In this document: positions 1 to 12,979 of the stretch, in pieces
Position numbering within the stretch: the stretch's first letter is position 1
Layout: each line of letters opens with the position of its first letter
NCBI GenBank assembly: GCA_030141605.1
Contig: JAQGDQ010001226.1
Location: 1 to 53,855 of the forward strand
Reading direction: 5' to 3'
Origin: Tubiluchus corallicola
Taxonomy: Eukaryota; Animalia; Priapulida
DNA length: 53,855 nt
Made by a program: the position numbers and the translations under genes
The notes under the pieces: generated by a model
The model's input: the letters and a program-made list of their open reading frames with translations, nothing else
What the model was told of the DNA's origin: nothing
The model's database searches: none

Positions 1-164
1 AAAGCTACTTCGTCTTGCATCGTCTTACTCCTTCTACAGTCCCTGATTTGCCTCTTCTTTCTTCTCTGTTTCGTGTTCAGCAAATCCTTTTAGTTTTTCT
101 GTTATTCTTAGTTGTGTATCGAGAGCTCATATGAAAATTCACTTTTTCAGCACTCTGACTCGGT

Positions 165-402
165 TTGTTCATTTTTTGTTTGTTTAACTGTTTGTTTGTT
201 TGTTTGTTTGTTTGTTTTCTTGTTCGTTTTTTCATTCGCTAGTTCGTTTGTTTGTTGAAACACAGCATCACAGCTTGAACAATCACGATTTTAAGCTTCA
301 ACAGTTTAACTGCTGGATGTAAGTTTGCTTGTTTGTTTGCCTGCTTGCTTGCTCGCTCTCTGGCTGTTTGGCTGGTTCGTTCGTTCGTTCGTTTTGTTTG
401 TT
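165..402. repeat. degenerate (GTTT)n/(GTTC)n low-complexity tract
   Basis: Runs of tgtt, tcgt and gctt tetramers. Confidence 0.8.
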
Positions 403-454
403 TAGAACGTAATCCGCAAAATCATTTTAGCGTTAGTAAAACGAAACTCTGGGC

Positions 455-1373
455 ACATAATTTACTACTATTACTTAGCTTACATAGTTTACTACTACTA
501 CATAGTTTACATAGTTTACTGCTATTACATAGTTTACATAGTTTACTATTATTATATAGTTTGTATAGTTTACTGCTATTACATAGTTTACATAGTTTAC
601 TACTATTACATAGCTTACATAGTTTACTGCTATTACATAGTTTACTTAGTTTACTACTATTACATAGCTTACATAGTTTACTACTATTACATAGCTTACA
701 TAGTTTACTACTATTACATAGTTTACATAGTTTACTACTATACATAGTTTACATAGCTGACTACTATTACATAGCTTACATAGTTTACTACTATTACATA
801 GTTTACATAGTTTACTACTATTACATAGCTTACATAGTTTACTGCTATTACATAGTTTACTATTATTACATAGCTCACATAGTTTACTACTATACATAGT
901 TTACATAGCTTACTACTATTACATAGTTTACATAGTTTACTACTATACATAGTTTACATAGCTTACTACTATTACATAGTTTACATAGTTTACTATTATT
1001 ACATAGCTCACATAGTTTACTACTATTACATAGTTTACATAGTTTACTACTATACATAGTTTACATAGCTTACTACTATTACATAGCTTACATAGTTTAC
1101 TACTATTACATAGCTTACATAGTTTACTACTATTACATAGTTTACATAGTTTACTACTATTACATAGCTTACATAGTTTACTGCTATTACATAGTTTACT
1201 ATTATTACATAGCTCACATAATTTACTACTATACATAGTTTACATAGCTTACTACTATTACATAGTTTACTACTATTACATAGCTTACATAGTTTACTAC
1301 TATACATAGTTTACATAGCTTACTACTATTACATAGTTTACTACTATTACATAGCTTACATAGTTTACTACTA
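455..1373. repeat. minisatellite, ~27-bp unit TTTACTACTATTACATAG(T/C)TTACATAG with 18- and 26-bp variants
   Basis: Direct tandem repetition. It produces the spurious LLLLHSLHS and CNSSKLCKL ORFs. Confidence 0.97.
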
Positions 1374-2154
1374 CCTTTGTGGGACCGCAGGGACTAATAA
1401 ACAAACCGCTGATCAAACTTATTTACCATTCATAATTAACCGATAAATTTATATAAACGTCTTCTAAAACAGCACAGGAGGCTTCTTATCTTCCCAGGCT
1501 CTTGATTTTATCACCTATTCGTTTACTCGAAGCCAAAGTCATGGAAGCATTCATCCGCGCTCCAGATACCTCACGATGCCATTTATTGCAATCAGAGAAA
1601 ATGACGCAAGGCGGCCTTATATATCAAGATAAATTATCTAGAAAGGCAATTAACCTGACTTTGCTGCTATTTGGTGAATTATGTCCAACCGGATGACTGA
1701 CAGAGCAAAGATAATATCACATAACTGCGCATGTTAATTTATCACAATAATGCTTTCAAAAACACAACGCTTTGATTGTTTTCATTAATCTTCTGATTGT
1801 TATTATTAATCTGAACGTCTATTCTTTCACACGTAATTTGCAAAATGTTTTCAACAGTCATTCTTTACTGGGACATACTACCTCTTTAAAAATATTTGAT
1901 TTACAGACTGCCATGCTTACAGAACTACGTATATATTATGCATAGGTATACGATGAAAATTGTCGTGTTTCGTTTAGTGAAATTATTTTTTGCTGGTTTC
2001 AATATTAATAGTTTCTTCTGACACGCCATTAGATCTATTCACACTATTAGGCAGCAATAGCTGAAATCTTTGCATATGCCATTGTCAAACAGTAGACAGT
2101 TGGAGCTCATTATTGCTACGCTGACGGTTACCAATAAAACAGTAGGTGATTATA

Positions 2155-4580
2155 AACTAGTTGATATACATGAAGTATTCTGTCGAACATGACATACAAA
2201 TGAATGCGAGTAAAACAAAATTAATCTCTGTTAAATCAGGTACCATGTCACAAGTATCGCTTTGCTCATTATATGTAAATAATTGTGGTATAAGCTCATG
2301 TTATCAAGAAAAATACTTAGGACATATCATAACTTCAGACAACAAAGACGATGTGGACATTATAAGACAACGTTCTCTGTTTTATTGTAGAACAAACAAA
2401 CTGCTAAATGCGTTTAAAAATTGTAGTGACGATGTAAAAAGATATTTGATGAACAGCTACTGTAGTAACTATTACTGTATGGCTACACGAAGAAACTACA
2501 ATCTTTACAATATTAAAAAACTAAAGGTAGCATACAATGTATTACTGAGTAAATTTCTCGGAAAGCCCTTCGACTTTAGTGCAAGACAATTATGTGTATC
2601 CTATAATTTAAAATACTTTGATTTTATTAGAAGAATATATGTGTTTAGCCTGTATATAAGGATAATGAACAGTTGTAACGCCTTTGTGAATCAGCTGTGT
2701 AATAGTGATATTAGGTACACGTCAAGTATACGTGCTAAATGGCGATCAATCTTACATAGAGTTACATAGAAAATTAGGTTACAGATGGTTTAGTGTATTT
2801 TTGTGTTTGTTTGCAAACAATATCTATAATTTGTGTGTGATTGTATGTGTTATACTGTACACCTCGAGTGTAATTGTATGTGTTATACTATACACCTCGA
2901 GTGTAATTGTATGTGTTATGCTGTACACCTCGAGTGTAATTGTATGTGTTATGCTGTACACCTCGAGTGTAATTGTATGTGTTATACTATACACCTCGAG
3001 TGTAATTGTATGTGTTATACTATACACCTCGAGTGTAATTGTATGTGTTATACTATACACCTCGAGTGTAATTGTATGTGTTATACTATACACCGCAAGT
3101 GTAATTGTATGTGTTATACTATACACTGCAAGTGTAATTGTATGTGTTATACTATACACCTCGAGTGTAATTGTATGTGTTATACTATACACCTCGAGTG
3201 TAATTGTATGTGTTATACTATACACCGCAAGTGTAATTGTATGTGTTATACTATACACCTCGAGTGTAATTGTATGTGTTATACTATACACCTCAAGTGT
3301 AATTGTATGTGTTATACTATACACCGCAAGTGTAATTGTATGTGTTATACTATACACCTCGAGTGTAATTGTATGTGTTATGCTGTACACCTCGAGTGTA
3401 ATTGTATGTGTTATGCTGTACACCTCAAGTGTAATTGTATGTGTTATACTATACACCGCAAGTGTAATTGTATGTGTTATACTATACACCTCGAGTGTAA
3501 TTGTATGTGTTATACTATACACTTCAAGTGTAATTGTATGTGTTATACTATACACCGCAAGTGTAATTGTATGTGTTATACTATACACCTCGAGTGTAAT
3601 TGTATGTGTTATGCTGTACACCTCGAGTGTAATTCTATGTGTTATGCTGTACACCTCAAGTGTAATTGTATGTGTTATACTATACACCGCAAGTGTAATT
3701 GTATGTGTTATACTATACACCGCAAGTGTAATTGTATGTGTTATACTATACACCTCGAGTGTAATTATATGTGTTATGCTGTACACCTCAAGTGTAATTG
3801 TATGTGTTATACTATACACCGCAAGTGTAATTGTATGTGTTATACTATACACCTCGAGTGTAATTGTATGTGTTATACTATACACCTCAAGTGTAATTGT
3901 ATGTGTTATACTATACACCGCAAGTGTAATTGTATGTGTTATACTATACACCTCGAGTGTAATTGTATGTGTTATGCTGTACACCTCGAGTGTAATTGTA
4001 TGTGTTATGCTGTACACCTCGAGTGTAATTGTATGTGTTATACTATACACCTCGAGTGTAATTGTATGTGTTATACTATACACCTCGAGTTTAATTGTAT
4101 GTGTTATACTATACACCTCAAGTGTAATTGTATGTGTTATACTATACACCGCAAGTGTAATTGTATGTGTTATACTATACACCTCGAGTGTAATTGTATG
4201 TGTTATGCTGTACACCTCGAGTGTAATTGTATGTGTTATGCTGTACACCTCGAGTGTAATTGTATGTGTTATACTATACACCTCGAGTGTAATTGTATGT
4301 GTTATACTATACACCTCGAGTTTAATTGTATGTGTTATACTATACACCTCGAGTTTAATTGTATGTGTTATACTATACACCTCGAGTTTAATTGTATGTG
4401 TTATACTATACACCTCGAGTGTAATTGTATGTGTTATACTATACACCTCGAGTGTAATTGTATGTGTTATACTATACACCTCAAGTGTAATTGTATGTGT
4501 TATACTATACACCTCAAGTGTAATTGTATGTGTTATACTATACACCTTGAGTGTGAAATAAAAAGTTAAATTAAAAAAAA
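2155..4580 (+). mobile_element. 5'-truncated non-LTR retrotransposon (RTE-X-like): C-terminal RT region plus 3' UTR
   Basis: ORF 2161-2769 contains N..KTK, EKYLGHII and DDVDIIRQRSLFYCRTNKLLNAFKNCSDDVKRYLMNSYC, matching the recalled post-RT region of RTE-X LINEs. The 3' UTR ends in GAAATAAAAA and an A-rich tail at 4555-4580. Confidence 0.85.
2835..4556. repeat. 33-bp minisatellite, 52 copies (GTGTAATTGTATGTGTTATACTATACACCTCGA), inside the LINE 3' UTR
   Basis: Period 33, bounded by GTGTGA at 2835 and 4551 (1716 = 52 x 33). Confidence 0.98.
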
Positions 4581-5569
4581 TAATTCAAAAATTATTGAGA
4601 CGTTTGAAAATGCTCAGCTAAGATGCTTGTAAATTTAAAAAAGACATTAATATTTTGTAGCATATTAACTGTAAACTGACATATATCGCAATTGTACTTT
4701 GTAAGCAGTTCAGAATTCAGCAAAGTCTGCTACAAAATGTTTAATGGTACCGGAATCGAATTAATTATCACAAAAATGATCTTTCAAAATGAAACACTAA
4801 ACCATCAAAGCTCTCGGGCGTGTATATAAGCTCTCTGAACAAGAGGTCATAGGTCACCCACCATTTCTTACTGAGTACAGTGTTCCTTAAACTCTTTTCT
4901 CCAGTCACACCACGACTGATCATAATCACTTAATTACTTCCTTATAAAATTATTATATCAGCAATAGATTATTATATACGCCATAAACCAAAATATTATA
5001 CAGCTATAATCATCTCTATTATAATACCAGCCTTTGCTAAAAACAACTTTATTGTTAACATTGTAAAGCTTGAAAGGAAGTTTGAGAAAGAAACATCTTT
5101 GGAAGAAAGAAGATATTTGATATCTTACGTTAGTTGTAGAAATCAGTAACTCTAATCAAAGAAGCAGATAACCTTGCAGCAAATCTGCAGCGTATACGGG
5201 TTGATGAACTTCTTATTAAATTCATCATGATGCTTGTTTATTTAAGCTTTTAGTGCTTTACTTCTTGTCATGATTTTCTGGAAAAGTTCCATCAGTCCTC
5301 GTGATCACTGCGTTTTTATCGTTTTTAGTACAATTTAACTAATTTATTAGTACAAAAGTTTCTGAAATGACAAAAGTTCTTGTGAGCACCCTGTCAAGCC
5401 TTAATGCTTTTAGATTCTCCGATAGGTTACGTGAAAGAGAATAGAAAAATTCTTTATAACCTCAAAATAAGTTTTGAAATGCATGAATGTGGCTAAGAAT
5501 TAGTGAGTAAGCGGGTCAGTAGTCAATGAAATGCGATGATTGCGATCAAGTAGCCTTTTTATAGTTTCG

Positions 5570-5660
5570 TTGCGCGCACGCGCAGTAGTTGTAGGTCAAA
5601 GGTTAAGTGTACAACAGCAACGCGTCTTAACTACATTCGTCACGTGACAGGTGGGTAACG
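5570..5660 (+). promoter_or_regulatory. candidate promoter/enhancer motif cluster
   Basis: GCGCGCACGCGCA (NRF1-like, 5572-5584), DR1 AGGTCA-A-AGGTTA (5593-5605), palindromic E-box GTCACGTGAC (5639-5648), then AG|GTGGGT, a possible splice donor. Confidence 0.4.
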
Positions 5661-6746
5661 CAAAGCATTAGTTCAGCACTTCAGTTGTTTTACGTGGATT
5701 TCACCTAATTATGCATTAGTCTCTGTGTAGAGTGATTTACTAGCAGGATCTTGCTTGAGAACAAGAAAAATGAACTAGGTAGGGTTCTAGCTAGTTGTTA
5801 AAACTGTTACTGCTACAGTAACTCGGGCTACCAGGTGTTGTCAAGTGTACACATATGCATTGTCTGCTACACTTAACTTTTGACCTTTTCACGATCATCA
5901 TCAATCGCTCATTAGATTCTGCTTAAGTCTTAATCGTAATGTCTGTACAGTTAAAAAGTAATTGAACCAGAAATAGATCACACAATGGTAACCATAATTA
6001 AGAGAATCTCTTACCAGGTCAAGGAGAAAGTTAAACATAATGAACTTCCCGCCTGCGCCTCAATTACAGCTTCTTTATGCAAGCCCTAATGAGAGCCGTA
6101 ATTAATTCATTAAAAACTTGCATACACTTGGCCTCGAAATGACACGAACAGGAGTTGCTGTCAGTGCTTTTAATCAATTCTGAAGCACAGTTCACGCCCC
6201 ACGTATGTAGTTCACATGTGAGACGATGCGCCTGTTTTTCGTGAGAATTCATGCTGACAATTCGAAATGTAAGGTGAATCTGCGTGCTATTTTGTAGTTT
6301 TATTATTAACATTCGTCGTTTTATAAACTCACAGTTATAAGCACACGAGGAGTTTACTTATGAAAGGAAATAATAGCAAGTAAAGAAGAAAGAAACTCTT
6401 TACATCAAAGCAGGATTATTGTATAAACACGCAGCATCAGTACCTTCTTTTGATGAAAGATGAGAGACAGAAAAAGACAGGTCTTACACAACCATAATTT
6501 TAAAAAGAATCAAAAGTGAGAGAAACATGAAGTGAGGGAAAAAAGAGAAATGTATGAAAGAGGGAGAAAACAGGAAAATGAGAAAGGAGACGGAGATGAA
6601 AAGAAAGGACGGAGAGAGAAAGAAAGGCGAAGAGAGAGAAGAAACAAGAAAAAACAGAGAGAGAAGATGCAAAAAAACAAGAACGAACAGGAAAAAATTG
6701 AGAATTAGTCATTTAAAAAGCAACCCCAGCTTTTTCCAGCAGTGGT

Positions 6747-9634
6747 TGATACGTACACAATGTGATTACTAATTTCTTACTGGTTTCTTCTTACATTTTT
6801 TACTTCTCCACTTTGATACGTATACAACGTAATTACTAATTTGTTAGTGGTTTCTTCTTACATTTTCTACTTCTCCACTTTGATACGTACACAACATAAT
6901 TACTAGTTTGTTAGTGGTTTCTTCTTACATTTTTTACTTCTCTACTTTGATACGTACACAATGTAATTACTAATTTGTTAGTGGTTTCTTCTTACATTTT
7001 CTACTTCTCTACTTCGATACGTATACAACGTGATTACTAATTTGTTAGTGGTTTCTTCTTACATTTTCTACTTCTCCACTTTGATACGTACACAACGTGA
7101 TTACTAATTTGTTAGTGGTTTCTTCTTACATTTTCTACTTCTCCACTTTGATACATATACAACGTGATTACTAGTTTGTTAGTGGTTTCTTCTTACATTT
7201 TCTACTTCTCCACTTTGATACGTACACAATGTAATTACTAATTTGTTAGTGGTTTCTTCTTACATTTTCTACTTCTCCACTTTGATACGTACACAACGTG
7301 ATTACTAATTTGTTAGTGGTTTCTTCTTACATTTTCTACTTCTCCACTTTGATACATATACAACGTGATTACTAGTTTGTTAGTGGTTTCTTCTTACATT
7401 TTCTACTTCTCCACTTTGATACGTACACAACGTGATTACTAGTTTGTTAGTGGTTTTTTCTTACATTTTCTACTTCTCCACTTTGATACGTACACAACGT
7501 GATTACTAGTTTGTTAGTGGTTTCTTCTTACATTTTCTACTTCTCCACTTTGATACGTACACAACGTGATTACTAATTTGTTAGTGGTTTCTTCTTACAT
7601 TTTCTACTTCTCCACTTTGATACGTATACAACGTGATTACTAATTTGTTAGTGGTTTCTTCTTACATTTTCTACTTCTCTACTTCGATACATATACAACG
7701 TGATTACTAGTTTGTTAGTGGTTTCTTCTTACATTTTCTACTTCTCCACTTTGATACATATACAACGTGATTACTAGTTTGTTAGTGGTTTCTTCTTACA
7801 TTTTCTACTTCTCCACTTTGATACGTATACAACGTGATTACTAGTTTGTTAGTGGTTTCTTCTTACATTTTCTACTTCTCCACTTTGATACGTATACAAC
7901 GTGATTACTAGTTTGTTAGTGGTTTCTTCTTACATTTTTCTACTTCTCTACTTTGATACGTATACAACGTGATTACTAGTTTGTTAGTGGTTTCTTCTTA
8001 CATTTTCTACTTCTCTACTTTGATACGTATACAACGTGATTACTAGTTTGTTAGTGGTTTCTTCTTACATTTTTTACTTCTCCACTTTGATACGTATACA
8101 ACGTGATTACTAGTTTGTTAGTGGTTTCTTCTTACATTTTCTACTTCTCCACTTTGATACATATACAACGTGATTACTAGTTTGTTAGTGGTTTCTTCTT
8201 ACATTTTCTACTTCTCCACTTTGATACGTATACAACGTGATTACTAGTTTGTTAGTGGTTTCTTCTTACATTTTCTACTTCTCCACTTTGATACGTATAC
8301 AACGTGATTACTAGTTTGTTAGTGGTTTCTTCTTACATTTTTCTACTTCTCTACTTTGATACGTATACAACGTGATTACTAGTTTGTTAGTGGTTTCTTC
8401 TTACATTTTCTACTTCTCTACTTTGATACGTATACAACGTGATACTAGTTTGTTAGTGGTTTCTTCTTACATTTTCTACTTCTTCACTTTGATACGTACA
8501 CAACGTGATTACTAGTTTGTTAGTGGTTTCTTCTTACATTTTCTACTTCTCCACTTTGATACATATACAACGTGATTACTAGTTTGTTAGTGGTTTCTTC
8601 TTACATTTTTCTACTTCTCTACTTTGATACGTATACAACGTGATTACTAGTTTGTTAGTGGTTTCTTCTTACATTTTCTACTTCTCTACTTTGATACGTA
8701 TACAACGTGATTACTAGTTTGTTAGTGGTTTCTTCTTACATTTTTTACTTCTCCACTTTGATACGTATACAACGTGATTACTAGTTTGTTAGTGGTTTCT
8801 TCTTACATTTTCTACTTCTCCACTTTGATACATATACAACGTGATTACTAGTTTGTTAGTGGTTTCTTCTTACATTTTCTACTTCTCCACTTTGATACGT
8901 ATACAACGTGATTACTAGTTTGTTAGTGGTTTCTTCTTACATTTTCTACTTCTCCACTTTGATACGTATACAACGTGATTACTAGTTTGTTAGTGGTTTC
9001 TTCTTACATTTTTCTACTTCTCTACTTTGATACGTATACAACGTGATTACTAGTTTGTTAGTGGTTTCTTCTTACATTTTCTACTTCTCTACTTTGATAC
9101 GTATACAACGTGATTACTAGTTTGTTAGTGGTTTCTTCTTACATTTTCTACTTCTTCACTTTGATACGTACACAACGTGATTACTAGTTTGTTAGTGGTT
9201 TCTTCTTACATTTTCTACTTCTCCACTTTGATACATATACAACGTGATTACTAGTTTGTTAGTGGTTTCTTCTTACATTTTTTACTTCTCTACTTTGATG
9301 CGTACACAACGTGATTACTAATTTGTTAGTGGTTTCTTCTTACATTTTCTACTTCTTCACTTTGATACGTACACAACGTGATTACTAGTTTGTTAGTGGT
9401 TTCTTCTTACATTTTCTACTTCTCGACTTTGATACATATACAACGTGATTACTAGTTTGTTAGTGGTTTCTTCTTACATTTTTTACTTCTCCACATTGAT
9501 ACGTATACAACGTGATTACTAATTTGTTAGTGGTTTCTTCTTACATTTTCTACTTCTCCACTTTGATACGTACACAGCATGATTACTAATTTGTTAGTGG
9601 TTTCTTCTTACATTTTCTACTTCTCCACTTTGAT
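6747..9634. repeat. 67-bp minisatellite, ~43 copies
   Basis: Unit TGATACGTACACAACGTGATTACTAGTTTGTTAGTGGTTTCTTCTTACATTTTCTACTTCTCCACTT, period 67-68. Confidence 0.98.
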
Positions 9635-10028
9635 GGAAACCATAAGTCGATGAGAACCGAAAGCTGGCCAAATATAATTAATGGTGAAACTATGAACCAT
9701 ATCAACGTAATGTCTACAGTTACAGAATGTTAAACTGCACAAATTAATAGTTGTAATGTGTAGAAACTAAAACAACAACACGAAGGGACAGCAATGTGTG
9801 TTAACATTATTAGAGATGATATAGGCGTGCTTTTGTATTAGGGAAGTCCTGGGGTGTTAACTCAGCTAAGCCGTCAGTGATTCAACTTTGTCACTTGGTC
9901 AGCCTAGTCAGTTCAGTCAGCCAGTCACTCAGTCAAGTATCTTCTTGCTCCTTTTGTATGTGTCTGTTTCTCCTTCTCTTTCTCTTTCTCCCTTTTCTCT
10001 CGGTCCTTTTCTCCTTCATTTTTCTCGT

Positions 10029-10290
<262 letters not shown>

Positions 10291-12039
10291 GCTTCTTTGT
10301 CGCTCGCAGTTTCTCCTACTAGACTTTCTCTGTTATGTAAACCCAGGTATTCCCTTTCTCAGCTCTTTCTCATCAAAGGAAGGTATTAATTACCTTGAGA
10401 CGTGTTTGTCACTTTTTTGATGTAAAGACTCTTTGATTGCTGTTATTTCATTCCACTCACAAGCTCAATGTGTGTTTCAAAGTGCAGGTTCATTAAAATT
10501 ACTGATGCTCAGTAATAATATCAACTGTAGAATAACACAAAGGTCCACACTACATGGTGACTGGGTCGCTAAAATGAATTCCTACAAAAATTAGGCGCGT
10601 CATCAAATCTTGCGTGTGACGGTCGACTGGTGGTTCGGCCTGACGGTCCGTCCAACGATCAATGAAGAATCACCACAGGACAAGCAGAACATGACATCCT
10701 GTGGTCCATTAAGACAGCGAATAGAAGAAAAATATCCAACCTTCAAGCAGCTAATTTTATTGAAAAACGAGATGCTCGAGCCAATTTCATAGCCACCTAT
10801 CGTACCAGTAGCATAAATATTTATACGCTATAATTGGCACAGATATCTGTGCAGCTTCATTTTCCAGCAGTGATGCTTATTACCATAACGCAAGCAATCT
10901 TGCGGAGCACAACGGGCAGTCTTCTTGAAACGGTTTCACTGAATTTATAGTAGAAATTATTCAAACACGTTGTTATTGCACATTATAGCGCACAAAAGGC
11001 GTTAAAATGTATAATTTGCCTGGTTTGAGAGAGCGAATTGGCGGCAATTCGTGGCGAGAAAATTGCTTGATTAATTACAGCTCGCAGTCTGAGACTTTGT
11101 ACACTGTGTGGACGGATATTTACTATTAGCGAAATTAGTAAAATAATTCGTTGAATTGGTTGTGTAAAGCTGATTATTGATGTTTTAGGGATGGCAAAGC
11201 TACACGTTTATTGAACATCAACCACAATAAATATAACAGATAATAATGCCAAGCCCCCTGATCTAGTATATAGTCTGCTTTCCTTCAGCTCCCAGACTCA
11301 ATCACCTGAGCTGGACGCATCACAAAGCTTACCGCATTGACGCCTACGCTTCGGTTCTGAATCACTTGCTCTCCTGACACCACTCCTTAACTGGCTTCAT
11401 GCCAGCATTCATCAACATAATTATCTATCATAATCTAACGCTTTTAACAGCTCCTCTTTCCTAAATTCTTTGATAGCAAAATCATATTATATATACGAAG
11501 GAAAAAACTGGTGTTGTCACAAAGGAGCTGCCATGTTTTGCATAATTCGCATTCCACGGATATTTTCAATTCAAACTTAATCAGTACAACGAATCTAGCT
11601 GCATCAGATGTCACCATTCGAAGCTTCTTTTAACCGGAAATGGCCCATATAGACCGGTCTAAACCCAAAATTCATTTTAGATAACAAGCGGAGGAACAAA
11701 GCTTTAAAGTTTATTAAATTTCGTTTTGCATCTTTTGCGTTTTTTTTTCTTAAAATTTAACGCTTATTGACTCTTATTTAAAGCGTCTCAAACAAGAAAA
11801 AAGATTTGTGAACAATCAAAAATGGCTAATTTGCTTCTCTGATTATCAGCGTGACCTTTTCATGTTATTTATTTTAAATCTTTAACAGTCGTCGTAGATA
11901 GAAACCGGTATAAGTTAACTCTGATGCCTTTGTAAAAGTAGCAAAATAATCTTGGCCTTAGTAGGACTCTTCATGTCAGGACTTAGTTTCTTACATCTCC
12001 GTACCCAGAGCCATTCGTTAGTTCAGTTAGAGAAGTTCT

Positions 12040-12362
12040 TTTCCCTAGATAACTTGATGAGACCATGGTGGTCTTACAAGCTTTGCTTCTTGACCACCAT
12101 GCAGCATCTATTTCTTGTTGACAAACTATTATGTAGTTTAGTAACTATGTTAATATACTTCTGTTAAATTTTTGTAATTATATTTGTAATTTTTCCCTAA
12201 CTATACCACGCTATAGTATGCTAATGTAGTTCTGTTACAATTATTGTAACTATATTTCATTTTCTAGTTATAAGGCGTAATAGTTATAAAAATAATAATG
12301 CAAATTGTAATGTAAAAATACATGCTGAAGTGCTAATAAATTACAAATAAATTACAATAAGA
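12040..12362 (+). mobile_element. L2/Crack-like LINE 3' UTR remnant
   Basis: Perfect 10-bp stem CATGGTGGTC/GACCACCATG (12064-12101) around ACAAGCTTTGCTT. AT-rich UTR ends in AATAAATTACAAATAAATTACAATAA. Confidence 0.5.
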
Positions 12363-12979
12363 AATTCAATGTTAATGAGTTTGGAACACTCCTAACTGTT
12401 TACTCTAGTTACTGGACCTAGGTCTACCTGTTCCAACGCAGACTTAGAACAATCCAGTCTTTTGACGGTTCCTAATCAAAAACTTTTCCACAATTGGCTA
12501 ACAGAAGCGCGAGAGCACGCATAGGGCAAGCGAGAGTATTCAGCTAAGAAAACATCCCCTGACGTGTTTTGCGTTCTACTGCTATACTATATTAGCTAGG
12601 GGAATTGCACAAAATTTATTGCTGCCAAAAGTTCGACAGTGTACATTTAGCACACACTGCCCCAACGAAAGTTGTATCATTTTCCATGTAAAACATTTCG
12701 TTTAATTTGATTACGTAAGCTTTTAAGCTTCTACCCAAATACAGGTCAGCCAAAAAATTGAATTACAAACAACTAAAGGCAACAATAAACCAAACAGTAA
12801 GACTGGCGGATCAGATAAAGAGATGTAAAATTTCCTTACGATGTTTATCTAATGTGGTAGAAAGTCGTTAAGCTGTTGACTTATCCTCGTATCATCAGCG
12901 TGCATTTTGTAACAAGTTTATTTGCTTTGCGTTTCTTTAGTAAGCAGAGTTAACCGCTTCAATTTTTTGCTCGTGTATC

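Noticed and set aside
333-1307. Leu/His/Ser- and Cys/Lys-rich ORFs
   Set aside because: They are translations of the 27-bp minisatellite.
2705-4569. Three ORFs of 573-618 aa, including a Cys/His-rich (CNCMCYTIHLE)n
   Set aside because: They result from a 33-bp (11-codon) unit lacking stops in three frames inside a LINE 3' UTR. There is no evidence of a real gene.
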